Shown piece by piece: positions 36,601 through 46,465 of a stretch of DNA of 60,167 nt. The stretch is from positions 1-60,167 of IMG/VR virus record IMGVR_UViG_3300017783_000017; one strand, 5' to 3'. Within the stretch, counting starts at the first letter, position 1; each line of letters opens with the position of its first letter. This DNA is from a virus (lineage: Duplodnaviria > Caudoviricetes). The position numbers and the translations under genes are program-made. Under the pieces are notes generated by a model. That model saw nothing but the letters and a program-made list of their open reading frames with translations. It was not told the DNA's origin and did no database searches.

Positions 36601-39521
36601 ACGCAGACGAAGTTCCTGTTACAGCTAAAATAGACAACAGAACAAAACAAGCTGAAACTGGAAGATTATTTACATACGGTACAGACGAACAAAAACTTCT
36701 TGCAGTAGCTTATAAAAATGCTGGAGAAACATATACATCAGCAACAATATCATTTGCTGGCGCAGGACAATATGGTACTGGTAAAATTGATGAAATTAGA
36801 AACGGCGCAGTTAGCAATGTAAGAGTAGATCCAAAAGGTGACAGTACTGTACCAGGTGGTTTTGATTACCAATTTGTTGCCAACACTGCACAGGGTGGTG
36901 ATACTTTATCTATTACACTTGCACAGGCAGATGTAGGTACACAAGCAAAGTATATAGGACAGAGAATTGTTATTGTTTCAGGTAAAGGTGTAGGACAGTA
37001 TGGTGAAATTACTGACTTTGATGAAACAGGAAAAATTGTTATTGTAAGTAGAGAATCAGATGGAAAAAATGGTTGGGATCATTTCCAACCTGGATATCCA
37101 ATAGAAGCAACTTTAGATTCAACTACAAGATATAATATTGAACCAAAAATTACATTTACTGAACCATTGTTTGAAGCAACAAACGTAAATGGTCCTGAAA
37201 GTGGAAGTTGGCAGTACATAGTTTATGGAGGATCCAAATATGTTGCTGCCACTACAGACGGTAAGGTTGCAGTAAGTACAGACGGAACAAGTTGGACCAG
37301 CAATACTGTAACAAGTGATACTTGTGAAGTAAGTGGACTTGTTTTTGACGGAACGAATTTTATTATTAGTTTCGGAAGTTACGACAATGCCGCAACAGAT
37401 AAGTTTGCATATACTACTACAGGTAGTTCATGGACAGTTTCAACAGGGGCTATAACAGCTAACTGGCATACTATGTCAACTATAAACGGTAAGACTGTTA
37501 TGTTAGCACGTAACGGCTCTTATCAATATAGTGATGCGGCAGCCATAGGAACATGGGCTGGTAAGTCAGCAAGCGATGCTAATAACCCGTTAGTTACAGC
37601 AACACAAGCAGGCAGAGATTTTACAATAATTAGAACATTGGACAATAGGAAATGGGTTGATCCGCATTGTATTTTACAAGCAATGCAAGGATCGGGCGGA
37701 TTACTTGGCGACTTTATGGACGAAACAGTACAAGCTACTGGATTTGTAAGAAAAGATATTAACAATTCCGGCGGATTTACTTCTAAAGATACAGATTGTT
37801 TTACTGCTTGGCTTGCAGGAACAAATGGCGCAGACGCCGACGATGAAGTAACATATAATAGAAGTTTAAGAATTGAACAAATATTTGAAGACTTAGTTGC
37901 ACGTAAAATTAGTAATAGTACGTCTATTGAAGATAATTATGGCGGCAAACAAGTTTTCTATGATGGTGTTCATATTGCATTTGATGCAACAGATGGATAT
38001 TTTGCATGGTCTGTTGATGGCGAATATTGGATAACTTGGGACCACGTAGGAACTTCCGGATTACCAGTTTCTCCAAGAAGAGTACCACAATTCCAATATT
38101 CAGATGGTGCGTACGGAGCAAACAAATTAGTGCTTATAGGTGCTGAAGAAGCAGATAGTGCATTTGGATTTATACCAACTGTAGTTACACAAAACGGACA
38201 GATTTTTGAAACAGGTTATATACAAGAAGGTATATTTACAAATATAAGTTACGCTACAGGAACATTCCTTGCAACAGGTAATAGTTCTTTTGCGGCAAAA
38301 TCAACAAACGGATTGTATTGGAATACATACGGAGATGACAGTACAACGTTATCTATGACTGACTTCAAGAGCTTTACAGCAAGTGCAAGTGCAGGAGATA
38401 ATGACTGGATAGTTCTTGTTGACGGATCAAATCAATGGGATAAAGTTTCTACAGGAACACGAGCTATTGGTAGAGTAATTGTTACAACATCAAGAATAGC
38501 GGAAGTTGAAGTATACGAACCTGGTTCAGGATATACTGACGGATTATGTTTTGCTACACTTTATGATAATGAAAATACAAGAGACGCAATTTTAGATGTA
38601 AATATCAGAGATGGAGTTTTAGGTCCACCAACAATTACATATGCAGGAGAAGGATACACAACTGCTACTGCAACAATTACCGGAGATGGATATGCAGACA
38701 ATTATCAAACAGGTACAACTTTGTTTGTTAAAGACTTATCAGCAATACCAGGACCTGGATCAAACTTAAACATTGGCGGCATCGACGAAGTTCTTTATTC
38801 AGTAACAAAAGTGAGCAATCAAGAATTGATTAGTGGTAGTTGGTCTGCAGAATTTTTAATTAGCCCAAGTTTACAAGCTGATGAATCACCAGCACACGAA
38901 GTAGACTGTACAATACGTGAACAATTTAGTCAAGTAAGATTAACAGGGCACGATTTCTTAGATATTGGTACAGGAAATATTTCCAGCACACGTTATCCAA
39001 CATTATACTTAGAAGGTGAAAATCCAGTAGATGATCCTAAACCTTTTAATGAAACAATTATATATAACGGTGGTAGAGTATTCTATACAAGTACTGACCA
39101 GGACGGTAACTTTAAAGTAGGTGACTTATTTGAAGTTGAACAGGCCAGAGGTGTTGTTACAATTAGTGCAACACAATTTAATTTAAGCGGACTTACAGAA
39201 TTATCACTTGGTGGTATTCAAGTCGGCGCAAGCGCAGTTGTAATTAGAGAGTTTTCAAAAGAAACATCTTTTATTGCTAACAGTGATAATATTGTACCAA
39301 CACAAAAAGCTATTGCGGCATACTTAGAAAGCAGGATTAGCGGCGGTGGTTCAAATGCTACTACAAATACATTAGTAGCTGGACAAGTACAAATAACCTC
39401 AAACACATTAAGTTCGGCGGCAGAATTATATGTTAATATTGATGCACCAGTAAACGCAATTGGCGGCATTGACGGACATTTATTAGCCACACAATACTTA
39501 TTAGGAAGTAGCGGTGAATAA
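33645..39521 (+). CDS. Giant virion/fibre protein with CBM5/12-like repeats, beta-helix and Asp-box region
   Basis: 1958 aa. About a dozen W.G.W...Y..(D)DVV.Y.G..Y.C...HTS repeats; STDG.SW-type Asp boxes; C-terminal RLTGHDFLDIGTG...GGRVFYTSTDQDGNF. Confidence 0.7.
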   Translation: MAEFKLDRLKFRWRGNWASTINYRKDDVITYQGKAYVCLQAHVASTNFYTDRDPATGETIAVRVGADALNNQAQGQFTFDNINAPVQNLLQGRTYTFDCSDNTTINFNTAVNILKFSSTKDGKWNGGDTYNIGVSYELDSLPVTETEYDDGYSTATTRHIIITVSADSPERLYYFSTTNPGMGNELQTRYGSYWELMSDGQVWKGDWIRGQYYSEGEIVKYRGRQYKCIVQHTSQVILDFEDDIAHWELFKTGYDWNNTWTESTDYKVDDVIRYNGVTYICNTAHTSNSVLAGLEFDIAKWTIISETENWKGDWTISTRYMLHDVVKYGGYVYRCIQYHTSADNANVDGLELDQAKWVSQVQGIEYKGDWSGATRYKIGDVVKNDASLYKCKLGHTSDATALRNDESAAWDLYIPGLDFEGRWNSTTEYQKGDIVLHGGYVYTALTNNIDSVPGANGLAQDTGDWEVTLTGYRALNDYDETLQYRTGDVVRYSGYLYQAKVDTLAESPTQQPLSWQILVPGRQFRNAWEDDVTYYVGDIVTWAGTTYECILEHTSTNSDSRPDLDIIQPDQNYWKISIKGAEGNKLTNFGDIKVYDTESTRLAVGSSGNVLKVGTDSIPKWEAFEEVDRAFFVSPEGTDSAVNGKTAAEPFRTVKFACDYARTNPAFLYEPNLTTSDYQDNLTGIGLAILQIQAGADIPDAPNFKAFLQTQTDDGYTYADIVRDSTDSTDDANFFELYKLAPEDAPSQDITDSINNIIIELTENTTPYIGEYVEYNGTNYSLIKSIPKTTTINIKTGVYREQIPILVPANTALVGDELRSTRIEPAPGLETANMFYVRNGSGIRNMTLQGLTGELGAPNANNTRRPTAGAYVSLDPGDGSDDTAAWITTKSPYVQNVSTFGTGCVGMKVDGALHDGGNKSIVANDFTQVLSDGIGYWANKDGKSELVSVFTYYNHIGYLCTDGGKLRATNGNNSYGDYGSVAEGFNADEVPVTAKIDNRTKQAETGRLFTYGTDEQKLLAVAYKNAGETYTSATISFAGAGQYGTGKIDEIRNGAVSNVRVDPKGDSTVPGGFDYQFVANTAQGGDTLSITLAQADVGTQAKYIGQRIVIVSGKGVGQYGEITDFDETGKIVIVSRESDGKNGWDHFQPGYPIEATLDSTTRYNIEPKITFTEPLFEATNVNGPESGSWQYIVYGGSKYVAATTDGKVAVSTDGTSWTSNTVTSDTCEVSGLVFDGTNFIISFGSYDNAATDKFAYTTTGSSWTVSTGAITANWHTMSTINGKTVMLARNGSYQYSDAAAIGTWAGKSASDANNPLVTATQAGRDFTIIRTLDNRKWVDPHCILQAMQGSGGLLGDFMDETVQATGFVRKDINNSGGFTSKDTDCFTAWLAGTNGADADDEVTYNRSLRIEQIFEDLVARKISNSTSIEDNYGGKQVFYDGVHIAFDATDGYFAWSVDGEYWITWDHVGTSGLPVSPRRVPQFQYSDGAYGANKLVLIGAEEADSAFGFIPTVVTQNGQIFETGYIQEGIFTNISYATGTFLATGNSSFAAKSTNGLYWNTYGDDSTTLSMTDFKSFTASASAGDNDWIVLVDGSNQWDKVSTGTRAIGRVIVTTSRIAEVEVYEPGSGYTDGLCFATLYDNENTRDAILDVNIRDGVLGPPTITYAGEGYTTATATITGDGYADNYQTGTTLFVKDLSAIPGPGSNLNIGGIDEVLYSVTKVSNQELISGSWSAEFLISPSLQADESPAHEVDCTIREQFSQVRLTGHDFLDIGTGNISSTRYPTLYLEGENPVDDPKPFNETIIYNGGRVFYTSTDQDGNFKVGDLFEVEQARGVVTISATQFNLSGLTELSLGGIQVGASAVVIREFSKETSFIANSDNIVPTQKAIAAYLESRISGGGSNATTNTLVAGQVQITSNTLSSAAELYVNIDAPVNAIGGIDGHLLATQYLLGSSGE

Positions 39522-39531
39522 TATGTGGGTA

Positions 39532-39539
39532 GATAAATA
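39532..39539 (+). promoter_or_regulatory. Late promoter GATAAATA
   Basis: Consensus upstream of 39560. Confidence 0.7.
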
Positions 39540-39559
39540 CATAGAAGACGGAGCATCAA

Positions 39560-42500
39560 ATGGCAGAGTTTAAGTTAGGACGAATTAGATTTGTATACAA
39601 AAGTGATTGGGTAACCAGCACTACATATTACAAAGATGATATAGTTAGATATGGTGGTAATACATATGTATGTATTGGCGGCCATACAGCGGCAGCAGAT
39701 TTTTACACAGATCTAAGCGCATATTGGAATAAAATTACTGACGGTCAGCAATGGAAAGGAGACTGGGATAATGCCCAGCTTTATAAAATTAATGACGTTG
39801 TTCAATATGGCGGTAACTTATACATTGCTAACGAAGGTCACACATCAGCTGATAATTCAGATGCAGTAAATACAACATTTACGGTTACTGTAGCGGCTAA
39901 ATCAGGCGGCGGCGGAAATGCATTTTATATTGATGGAACAGAAGCTCCAGTATTACAAATTGTTCCAGGCGCAGTTAATACATTTAATTTAGACAACGCA
40001 ACAAATGCTACACATCCGTTTTTACTTAGTACTTCCTCAGACGGTACTTTAGCAGGTGGAGTATTATACGATCCAAATTCAGTAACTTATCAATTAGATG
40101 GTACTACTGTTGATGTCACTGCATACATAGCAGGATTTCAAGCGGCAACTACAAGAAGATTAATACTTGACCTAACTGGTACTTTTGATGAACCTTTACA
40201 CTACTATTGTAATGCACACACAGGCATGGGCAATAGTATTATTATTACTGCAAATAGTTTAGAAACAGATAGTACAAAATGGGATCTATACGGCGAAGGA
40301 TTTGCATATAAAAACGAATGGACAATTGCAACATATTATAAAACAAATGATATTGTAAAATACAATGGTATACAATATCTTTGTGTAACACCGCATACAT
40401 CATCAGGAACAGTTGCTGAAGGTTTAGAATTTGATCAAAGTAAATGGAATGAATTTACACAAGGTTTTGATTGGAAAGGCGACTGGACAGCAGAAGCAAG
40501 ATACAGAAGAAACGATATTGTAAAATATGGTGGACAAATTTACGTATGTAACACAGGACACACTGCGGCAGCAACAAACGCACTTGGTTTAGAAAACGAT
40601 CAATCTAAATGGGATTACTTCCATAAAGGTATAGAATACAAAGGTGAATGGACACAAGGCACACGATACAAAGTAAACGACATTGTTAAGAGCGGTGGCG
40701 GAACTTGGATCTGTACAGCTTACCATACAGCAACAGGAATAACTCTACGTTCACAAGAAAGCAACTGGGCCGAGTTTGTTGATGGATTAGAATTTGAAGA
40801 TACATGGAATAATGATACCGAATATAATGCAGGCGACTTTATTACATACGGTGGTTATGGTTACGTTGCTGTTATAAACAACAGAGGCGAAGTACCTACA
40901 GAGAATCTTGGTACTTGGGATTTGTTTACTTCAGGATTTAATCATAGAGGTGAATACGGTGACGATTCATCAAACCAAGATTATAGAACAGGGGATGTTA
41001 TAAGTTTAGGAGGTTACACATATCTTTGTATACAAGATAGTAACGGTAACAGACCTCCGAATACAACTTACTGGATGAGATTAAACCAAGGTTTTTATTG
41101 GAAAGATGCTTGGACTGATTCAACATATTATGATCTCGGAGACGTAGTACGTTATAGCGATAGTAGTTACATTTGTGTATTATCACATACATCAGACGAA
41201 ACAGTTGCTCAAAATAGACCAGACCAAGATTTAGATGGTAGTGAATGGAACTTGATGTCAGGTGGTCCTGAATCAGGTACACTAACAACAGACGGTGATA
41301 TAGTTTACTTTGCTGGAGCAGGTCCAGCAAGATTACCAATTGGTCAAGCGGGACAAGTTTTAAAAGTTAACGCGGCAGGTAATGCACCAGAATGGGACTT
41401 CCTTGGAAGTGTGCCAAATGTTGTTTATGTTGATTCAAACGCAGGAAGTGATACTCCTCCACCAACCTATGGTATTACACTTGATCAACCTTTCAAAACA
41501 ATTAGATATGCACTTGAACAAATTGATATGGGAACTAACAGACGTAATAGTTCGTATTTGATAGATTTGAATAGAAGTTTTATACAAGCAGAAGCAGTTG
41601 AATGGGTTGATTATCAAGTAACTAATACAGTATCTCCATTTACAGGATCATTTACATATGATAAGACTGTATGGCGTGTTTTAGTTGGGCGTATTGTTGA
41701 CGCATTAATATATGATTTGAGACACAACGGTAATAAAGGAATAAGAGATTTAACTTTAGAGATATTTGATGATTCAACTATTTCTGGTAAAGAAACAGAA
41801 TTCAACGCAATGTTAACTTATGTTATTGAAACATTAATTGATGATGCTATATATCCTAACTTAGATCCAGCAACTAATTTCCAAACAGCAAATGGCGTTG
41901 GATCACCAATTACACAACAAAAACCAACAGGATATGATCAAAGCACTGAAGAAGTTGATGCGCAATCGTTTACTGAAACTAAAATTGCAGTCCTTAGTTC
42001 TGCAATTACAGCAGGTAATACAACAAGCACAGAAGCAGAATATATACCTAACAATACATGCTATGTAAAGACAGGACAATTTGAAGAACATCTTCCAATG
42101 ATAATACCTGAAAGAACAGCAGTTGTAGGAGACGAGTTACGTTCTACAAGAATTAAACCTTCTCCAGCAGTGACGTCTGCATCAGACACTCCTAAGAGTT
42201 TGGCAGCAATTGCAAGAATAGAAGCTGTTATATCAGACATTGTACAAAACATAAGTATTACGAAGTCAACTGGTAACTCTGATACGCAAGTAACAACAAG
42301 ACCAGCTGGTACATCAGCTGTTGGAACTGTAGCGGCAGACTTGTTTAGACAAATTTATGATTACATAGATTTTAGAATTAATGGCGCAAGCGGAGACTCA
42401 ACTACTCCTCTAACAGCAGGAACAAATACTCCACAAACATCTACAGACTATACATATTCAAGAGAAGTTATTGAAGCAAATAGAGATTTTATTATTGCAG

Positions 42501-44767
42501 AAGTACATGCTTACATTGCAGTAACTTATCCAAGTTACACATATAGTTTAGCGGCTTGTGCAAGAGATGTTGGTACATATCTTGATGCAGTAAAATATGA
42601 TTTAATTTACACAGGTAATTACAAATCATTATTAGCTGCCAGATACTATGCAAACAGTGTAGAAGGTAGCGGAACTGAAGATATGTTCTACATGAGAAAT
42701 GCAACAGGATTGCGTAATTGTACACTTGCTGATTTAACAGGTGTATTAGGTAGTGCAAACACATATGGTACTAAACGTCCAACAGCAGGTGCATATACAT
42801 CACTTGATCCGGGCTGGGGACCAGACGACGACAGAGTTTGGATCTCAGGTAAATCACCATATATCCAAAACGTAACTACATTTGGTACAGCATGTGTGGG
42901 TTGTAAAGTTGATGGAGACTTACATAACGGTGGTAACGATTCTATTGTTGCTAACGACTTTACACAAGTATTAAGTGACGGTATTGGATATTGGGTTACA
43001 AACTTAGGTAGAGCAGAACTTGTGTCAGTGTTTACTTACTATAACCACATTGGTTATTTGTCTGAAAACGGTGGTAAGATTCGTGCTACAAACGGAAATA
43101 ACTCTTACGGTGCATTTGGATCGGTTGCTGAAGGAGTTGACGATACAGAAATTCCAATTGATGCAAAAGTAAATAACCAGTATTCAGAAGCAGTAGTAGA
43201 CAGTGTGTTTACCGATGGAAATAATATTTTAGTGCTTGAATTTTTAAATGCAGGTACAGGATATACAGCCGGCGGAACAACTACAAACATAGCAGGTGAA
43301 GGCTTTGGAGCCGCAATTTCTGCAAGTAATGTTGTTGACGGCGGAGTTATGGAAGTAAGACTACTTGACACTGATGTTGATGTTGACGGAACTTTTGATA
43401 CAGGCGGTGCTGGCTACATAGAAGCGTCTAATGCGGCACAAGGTGGTAATGCAACACAGATTACAATTTCTAATACTGATATACGTTTAAGTTCACAGTA
43501 CATAGGAATGGCAATATTCATTATATCTGGTACAGGTGCAGGGCAATATGGATATATTGCTACATATAACTCTGGTACAAAGATTGCAACAGTAAATAAA
43601 ATGAGTGACGGTACAGCTGGATGGGACCATTTAGTTTCTGGCACTGCTATTGAAACAGAATTAGACGGAAGTACTACATATTCAATTGAACCAAGATTAA
43701 GTTTTGCGGCACCAGCAAGCGGACTTTATGCAGACACTACTAAAGGTAGAGTTGTATTAGATGCTGACAAGGTTGCAAAATTTAAAATATGGGATCCGGG
43801 TAACGGATATACAGTTGCTCCAGTACTTACTATTACAGATCCAAATAATACTATTGAAGTACCATTCCAGGTACGTATAGGTGATGGTGTAGTTACACAG
43901 CCTACTTGGAGTAATAGAGGTAGTGCATATGTAACTGCTGAATCAACTATATCAGGTGACGGGTATGCAGATATATTCCAACCAGGAGAATTTGTGCAAG
44001 TACAAAACATGACAGTTGAACCAAAAGCAGGTTCTAACGTAGTGTTTGATCATTTGCCGAACAAAGTGTTTAAATTGGTAACAGTAAGAAGTTTAACTGG
44101 TAGTGTACCAAACTTAGAAGCACAGTTACAAATATCTCCTAAGTTAGAAATAAATGAAGCACCGAGTCATTTACAAGATTTAGAGATGCGTATTAGATAT
44201 TCGCAGGTGCGTTTGACAGGACACGATTTCTTAGATATTGGTACTGGTGGATTTACCACTACTAACTATCCAGGAGTACCGTCACTTGCTCCGGACGCAA
44301 CAAAAGAAACAAACGATTTTGGTGGAGGACGAGTGTTCTACACCAGTACAGACCAAGATGGTAACTTTAGAGTTGGTGAACTGTTTAGCGTTGAACAGTC
44401 AACAGGTACAGCTACACTAAATGCTGATGCATTTAACATCTCTGGTTTGCAAGAACTTTCCTTAGGTGAATTAGGATTGGGCTCTGCAGGAGCAACAATT
44501 ACTGAATTCAGTACTGATGGAACGTTTACAGCAGACAGCGATAGCATTGTCCCGACGCAAAAAGCTATCAGAACATACATCACATCACAAATTGGTGGTG
44601 GTGCGGCAACACTCAACGTAAATAGTATCACAGCTGGTGTTGTAAGAATAACCAGTGATACGATTGATACAACAAATGGAGCACAAATAAACATTAATGC
44701 TAAACTTAATTTTAAGCGTGGCGTCAATGGTGCACCAGTTGCAATGAATTACTTATTAGGATCATAG
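39560..44767 (+). CDS. Giant virion/fibre protein, paralog of 33645, with a cupredoxin-like domain
   Basis: 1735 aa. Same N-terminus (MAEFKL.R), repeats and C-terminus as 33645. NATHPF...YYCNAHTGMG motif. Confidence 0.7.
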   Translation: MAEFKLGRIRFVYKSDWVTSTTYYKDDIVRYGGNTYVCIGGHTAAADFYTDLSAYWNKITDGQQWKGDWDNAQLYKINDVVQYGGNLYIANEGHTSADNSDAVNTTFTVTVAAKSGGGGNAFYIDGTEAPVLQIVPGAVNTFNLDNATNATHPFLLSTSSDGTLAGGVLYDPNSVTYQLDGTTVDVTAYIAGFQAATTRRLILDLTGTFDEPLHYYCNAHTGMGNSIIITANSLETDSTKWDLYGEGFAYKNEWTIATYYKTNDIVKYNGIQYLCVTPHTSSGTVAEGLEFDQSKWNEFTQGFDWKGDWTAEARYRRNDIVKYGGQIYVCNTGHTAAATNALGLENDQSKWDYFHKGIEYKGEWTQGTRYKVNDIVKSGGGTWICTAYHTATGITLRSQESNWAEFVDGLEFEDTWNNDTEYNAGDFITYGGYGYVAVINNRGEVPTENLGTWDLFTSGFNHRGEYGDDSSNQDYRTGDVISLGGYTYLCIQDSNGNRPPNTTYWMRLNQGFYWKDAWTDSTYYDLGDVVRYSDSSYICVLSHTSDETVAQNRPDQDLDGSEWNLMSGGPESGTLTTDGDIVYFAGAGPARLPIGQAGQVLKVNAAGNAPEWDFLGSVPNVVYVDSNAGSDTPPPTYGITLDQPFKTIRYALEQIDMGTNRRNSSYLIDLNRSFIQAEAVEWVDYQVTNTVSPFTGSFTYDKTVWRVLVGRIVDALIYDLRHNGNKGIRDLTLEIFDDSTISGKETEFNAMLTYVIETLIDDAIYPNLDPATNFQTANGVGSPITQQKPTGYDQSTEEVDAQSFTETKIAVLSSAITAGNTTSTEAEYIPNNTCYVKTGQFEEHLPMIIPERTAVVGDELRSTRIKPSPAVTSASDTPKSLAAIARIEAVISDIVQNISITKSTGNSDTQVTTRPAGTSAVGTVAADLFRQIYDYIDFRINGASGDSTTPLTAGTNTPQTSTDYTYSREVIEANRDFIIAEVHAYIAVTYPSYTYSLAACARDVGTYLDAVKYDLIYTGNYKSLLAARYYANSVEGSGTEDMFYMRNATGLRNCTLADLTGVLGSANTYGTKRPTAGAYTSLDPGWGPDDDRVWISGKSPYIQNVTTFGTACVGCKVDGDLHNGGNDSIVANDFTQVLSDGIGYWVTNLGRAELVSVFTYYNHIGYLSENGGKIRATNGNNSYGAFGSVAEGVDDTEIPIDAKVNNQYSEAVVDSVFTDGNNILVLEFLNAGTGYTAGGTTTNIAGEGFGAAISASNVVDGGVMEVRLLDTDVDVDGTFDTGGAGYIEASNAAQGGNATQITISNTDIRLSSQYIGMAIFIISGTGAGQYGYIATYNSGTKIATVNKMSDGTAGWDHLVSGTAIETELDGSTTYSIEPRLSFAAPASGLYADTTKGRVVLDADKVAKFKIWDPGNGYTVAPVLTITDPNNTIEVPFQVRIGDGVVTQPTWSNRGSAYVTAESTISGDGYADIFQPGEFVQVQNMTVEPKAGSNVVFDHLPNKVFKLVTVRSLTGSVPNLEAQLQISPKLEINEAPSHLQDLEMRIRYSQVRLTGHDFLDIGTGGFTTTNYPGVPSLAPDATKETNDFGGGRVFYTSTDQDGNFRVGELFSVEQSTGTATLNADAFNISGLQELSLGELGLGSAGATITEFSTDGTFTADSDSIVPTQKAIRTYITSQIGGGAATLNVNSITAGVVRITSDTIDTTNGAQININAKLNFKRGVNGAPVAMNYLLGS

Positions 44768-44777
44768 GAGAAAAAAC

Positions 44778-45098
44778 ATGGCTTCAGGTAAATTAGGAAG
44801 TAGTGAACTTGTTACAGGAACTAATACAACAGTGTACACCGTGCCAGCTGATACATTTACAGTTGCAAGTGTAAGTTTTTGTAATAAGGGAAACAGCGCA
44901 GTGTCAGTAAGACTTGCTCTTGCAGACGCAGACACACCGACGGACGCAGAGTACTTAGAATACGATGTAGAACTACAGTCAAAGATGGTGTTAGAGAGAA
45001 CAGGTATTGTATTGTCAGCAACACAAAAAATTGTTGCATACGCTACCTCAGCAAATGTTTCTGTAGTAGCATTTGGAATTGAAACGCCAACGGCATAA
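44778..45098 (+). CDS. Small beta-sandwich virion protein
   Basis: VYTVPA...V..CN...VRLAL...EYLEYD...VLERTGIVL. Confidence 0.65.
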   Translation: MASGKLGSSELVTGTNTTVYTVPADTFTVASVSFCNKGNSAVSVRLALADADTPTDAEYLEYDVELQSKMVLERTGIVLSATQKIVAYATSANVSVVAFGIETPTA

Positions 45099-45101
45099 AT
45101 A
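45094..45101 (+). promoter_or_regulatory. Late promoter CATAAATA
   Basis: Consensus upstream of 45123. Confidence 0.65.
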
Positions 45102-45122
45102 CATAGGTAAAAGGAAATAACA

Positions 45123-45455
45123 ATGGGAAGATTTATAAGCACAACAGGAACTGCATCACCTACTTTAATTTCTGTAACTTCCGCGCACAGTACTAAATCT
45201 AATGAAAGGGTACTATGTGATACAGGAAGCACAGCATTTCAAGTTACTCTGCCAGCAGTGGCAGATGTTATGGTTGGCGATCAGATACAAATTATTGATA
45301 TTGGAAATAATTTTAATAGCAATAACCTTACTGTTGGAAGAAACAGTCATAACATTAATAGCACAGCTGAAGATTTAATATTAGATATTGACGGAGTTAT
45401 TGTAACTCTATTATATACTGGTACTACAAACGGTTGGGTTATTACAAGTACTTAA
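45123..45455 (+). CDS. Baseplate/fibre attachment domain protein (T4 gp9/gp10-like N-terminal module)
   Basis: CDT...AF.VTLP....GD.I.IID...F..NNLTV.RN...I....DL.LD...L.Y...GW. Confidence 0.6.
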   Translation: MGRFISTTGTASPTLISVTSAHSTKSNERVLCDTGSTAFQVTLPAVADVMVGDQIQIIDIGNNFNSNNLTVGRNSHNINSTAEDLILDIDGVIVTLLYTGTTNGWVITST

Positions 45456-45473
45456 GAGTTTAGGAAACACATT

Positions 45474-46454
45474 ATGGCATCACTTAACGCAATATTAACA
45501 GACAAAGCAAATGACGTAGAGACTTCACTCGCTGAGACTAACATGGAAGCTGGGACACTAAATTACTTTACTCCTGGTACTATGTTCTCCGATCCTCACA
45601 CATGTTTTTGCTGGTTAGCTCCTTCAAACGGACAAGCTATTATTGAAATATGGGGTGCAAGCGGCACAGGAGCGGCGCAATGTTGTTGTTCATACGGCAT
45701 GGCTGGCAATCCAGGAGGCTACGGAAAGAAAACTATTGAGATGACAACAGGACAAATGATTTGCGGACACTTAGGTAGAAGCTGTCATGGTTCAAGTAGT
45801 TTTTTATGCGTAGGCGGCCTAAGCGAACCTTCATGTATATGTTGGGTATCTTCAACTGGTAACGGCACAGTTTGTGCTGGCGGCGGACAAGGTGGCTATT
45901 CATACTGTAGTGGTTCAGGTAACAGTATATATTGCTGTTTTGTTGCAAGAGGACATCCGGTTACACAATTTGGTGGTACAGGTTGCGGAGTAGTTTGTAA
46001 TTACTGTGCGTCTCAAGTACCAAATGTTACAGGTGCTGATGTTACATATACCCCATTATATAGTAAGATGAATATAGGTCACTGTAATTCGTGCTGTCAT
46101 TGTTCACATGTTCAATGTGTAGCACTATCACCAGGATTAGGATCAACAAACGGCGGATACCTAATGTATTCAAGTTCAATGGGTGGCTATGGTAAATATA
46201 GACCAGCAGGTGGATCACTTGGTAACCAGTTAACGGCCTTAGAAAGTTTTAATAGAAAACCAGTAGGCGGCGGACGCCCAGGACACTGTTGGAGTGGTGG
46301 CCAGCTTTGTAGCTGTTACGAATATGAGTACAGTTGTAAAGGTTATTTGCCACATGGAGTACCCGGAGGCGGAACAATGCCTTGTGAAGGTGTTAGAGAT
46401 TACGGTGTAAGAGGAGGCCACGGCGCAGTAAGAATACAGTTTATTGCAAGTTAG
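45474..46454 (+). CDS. Cys/Gly-rich fibre-like protein, paralog 1
   Basis: IEIWGA.G.GA..CCC; C-terminal C..VRD.G.RGG.G..RI.F. About 27 Cys by hand count. Confidence 0.65.
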   Translation: MASLNAILTDKANDVETSLAETNMEAGTLNYFTPGTMFSDPHTCFCWLAPSNGQAIIEIWGASGTGAAQCCCSYGMAGNPGGYGKKTIEMTTGQMICGHLGRSCHGSSSFLCVGGLSEPSCICWVSSTGNGTVCAGGGQGGYSYCSGSGNSIYCCFVARGHPVTQFGGTGCGVVCNYCASQVPNVTGADVTYTPLYSKMNIGHCNSCCHCSHVQCVALSPGLGSTNGGYLMYSSSMGGYGKYRPAGGSLGNQLTALESFNRKPVGGGRPGHCWSGGQLCSCYEYEYSCKGYLPHGVPGGGTMPCEGVRDYGVRGGHGAVRIQFIAS

Positions 46455-46465
46455 GAAATAATAAT

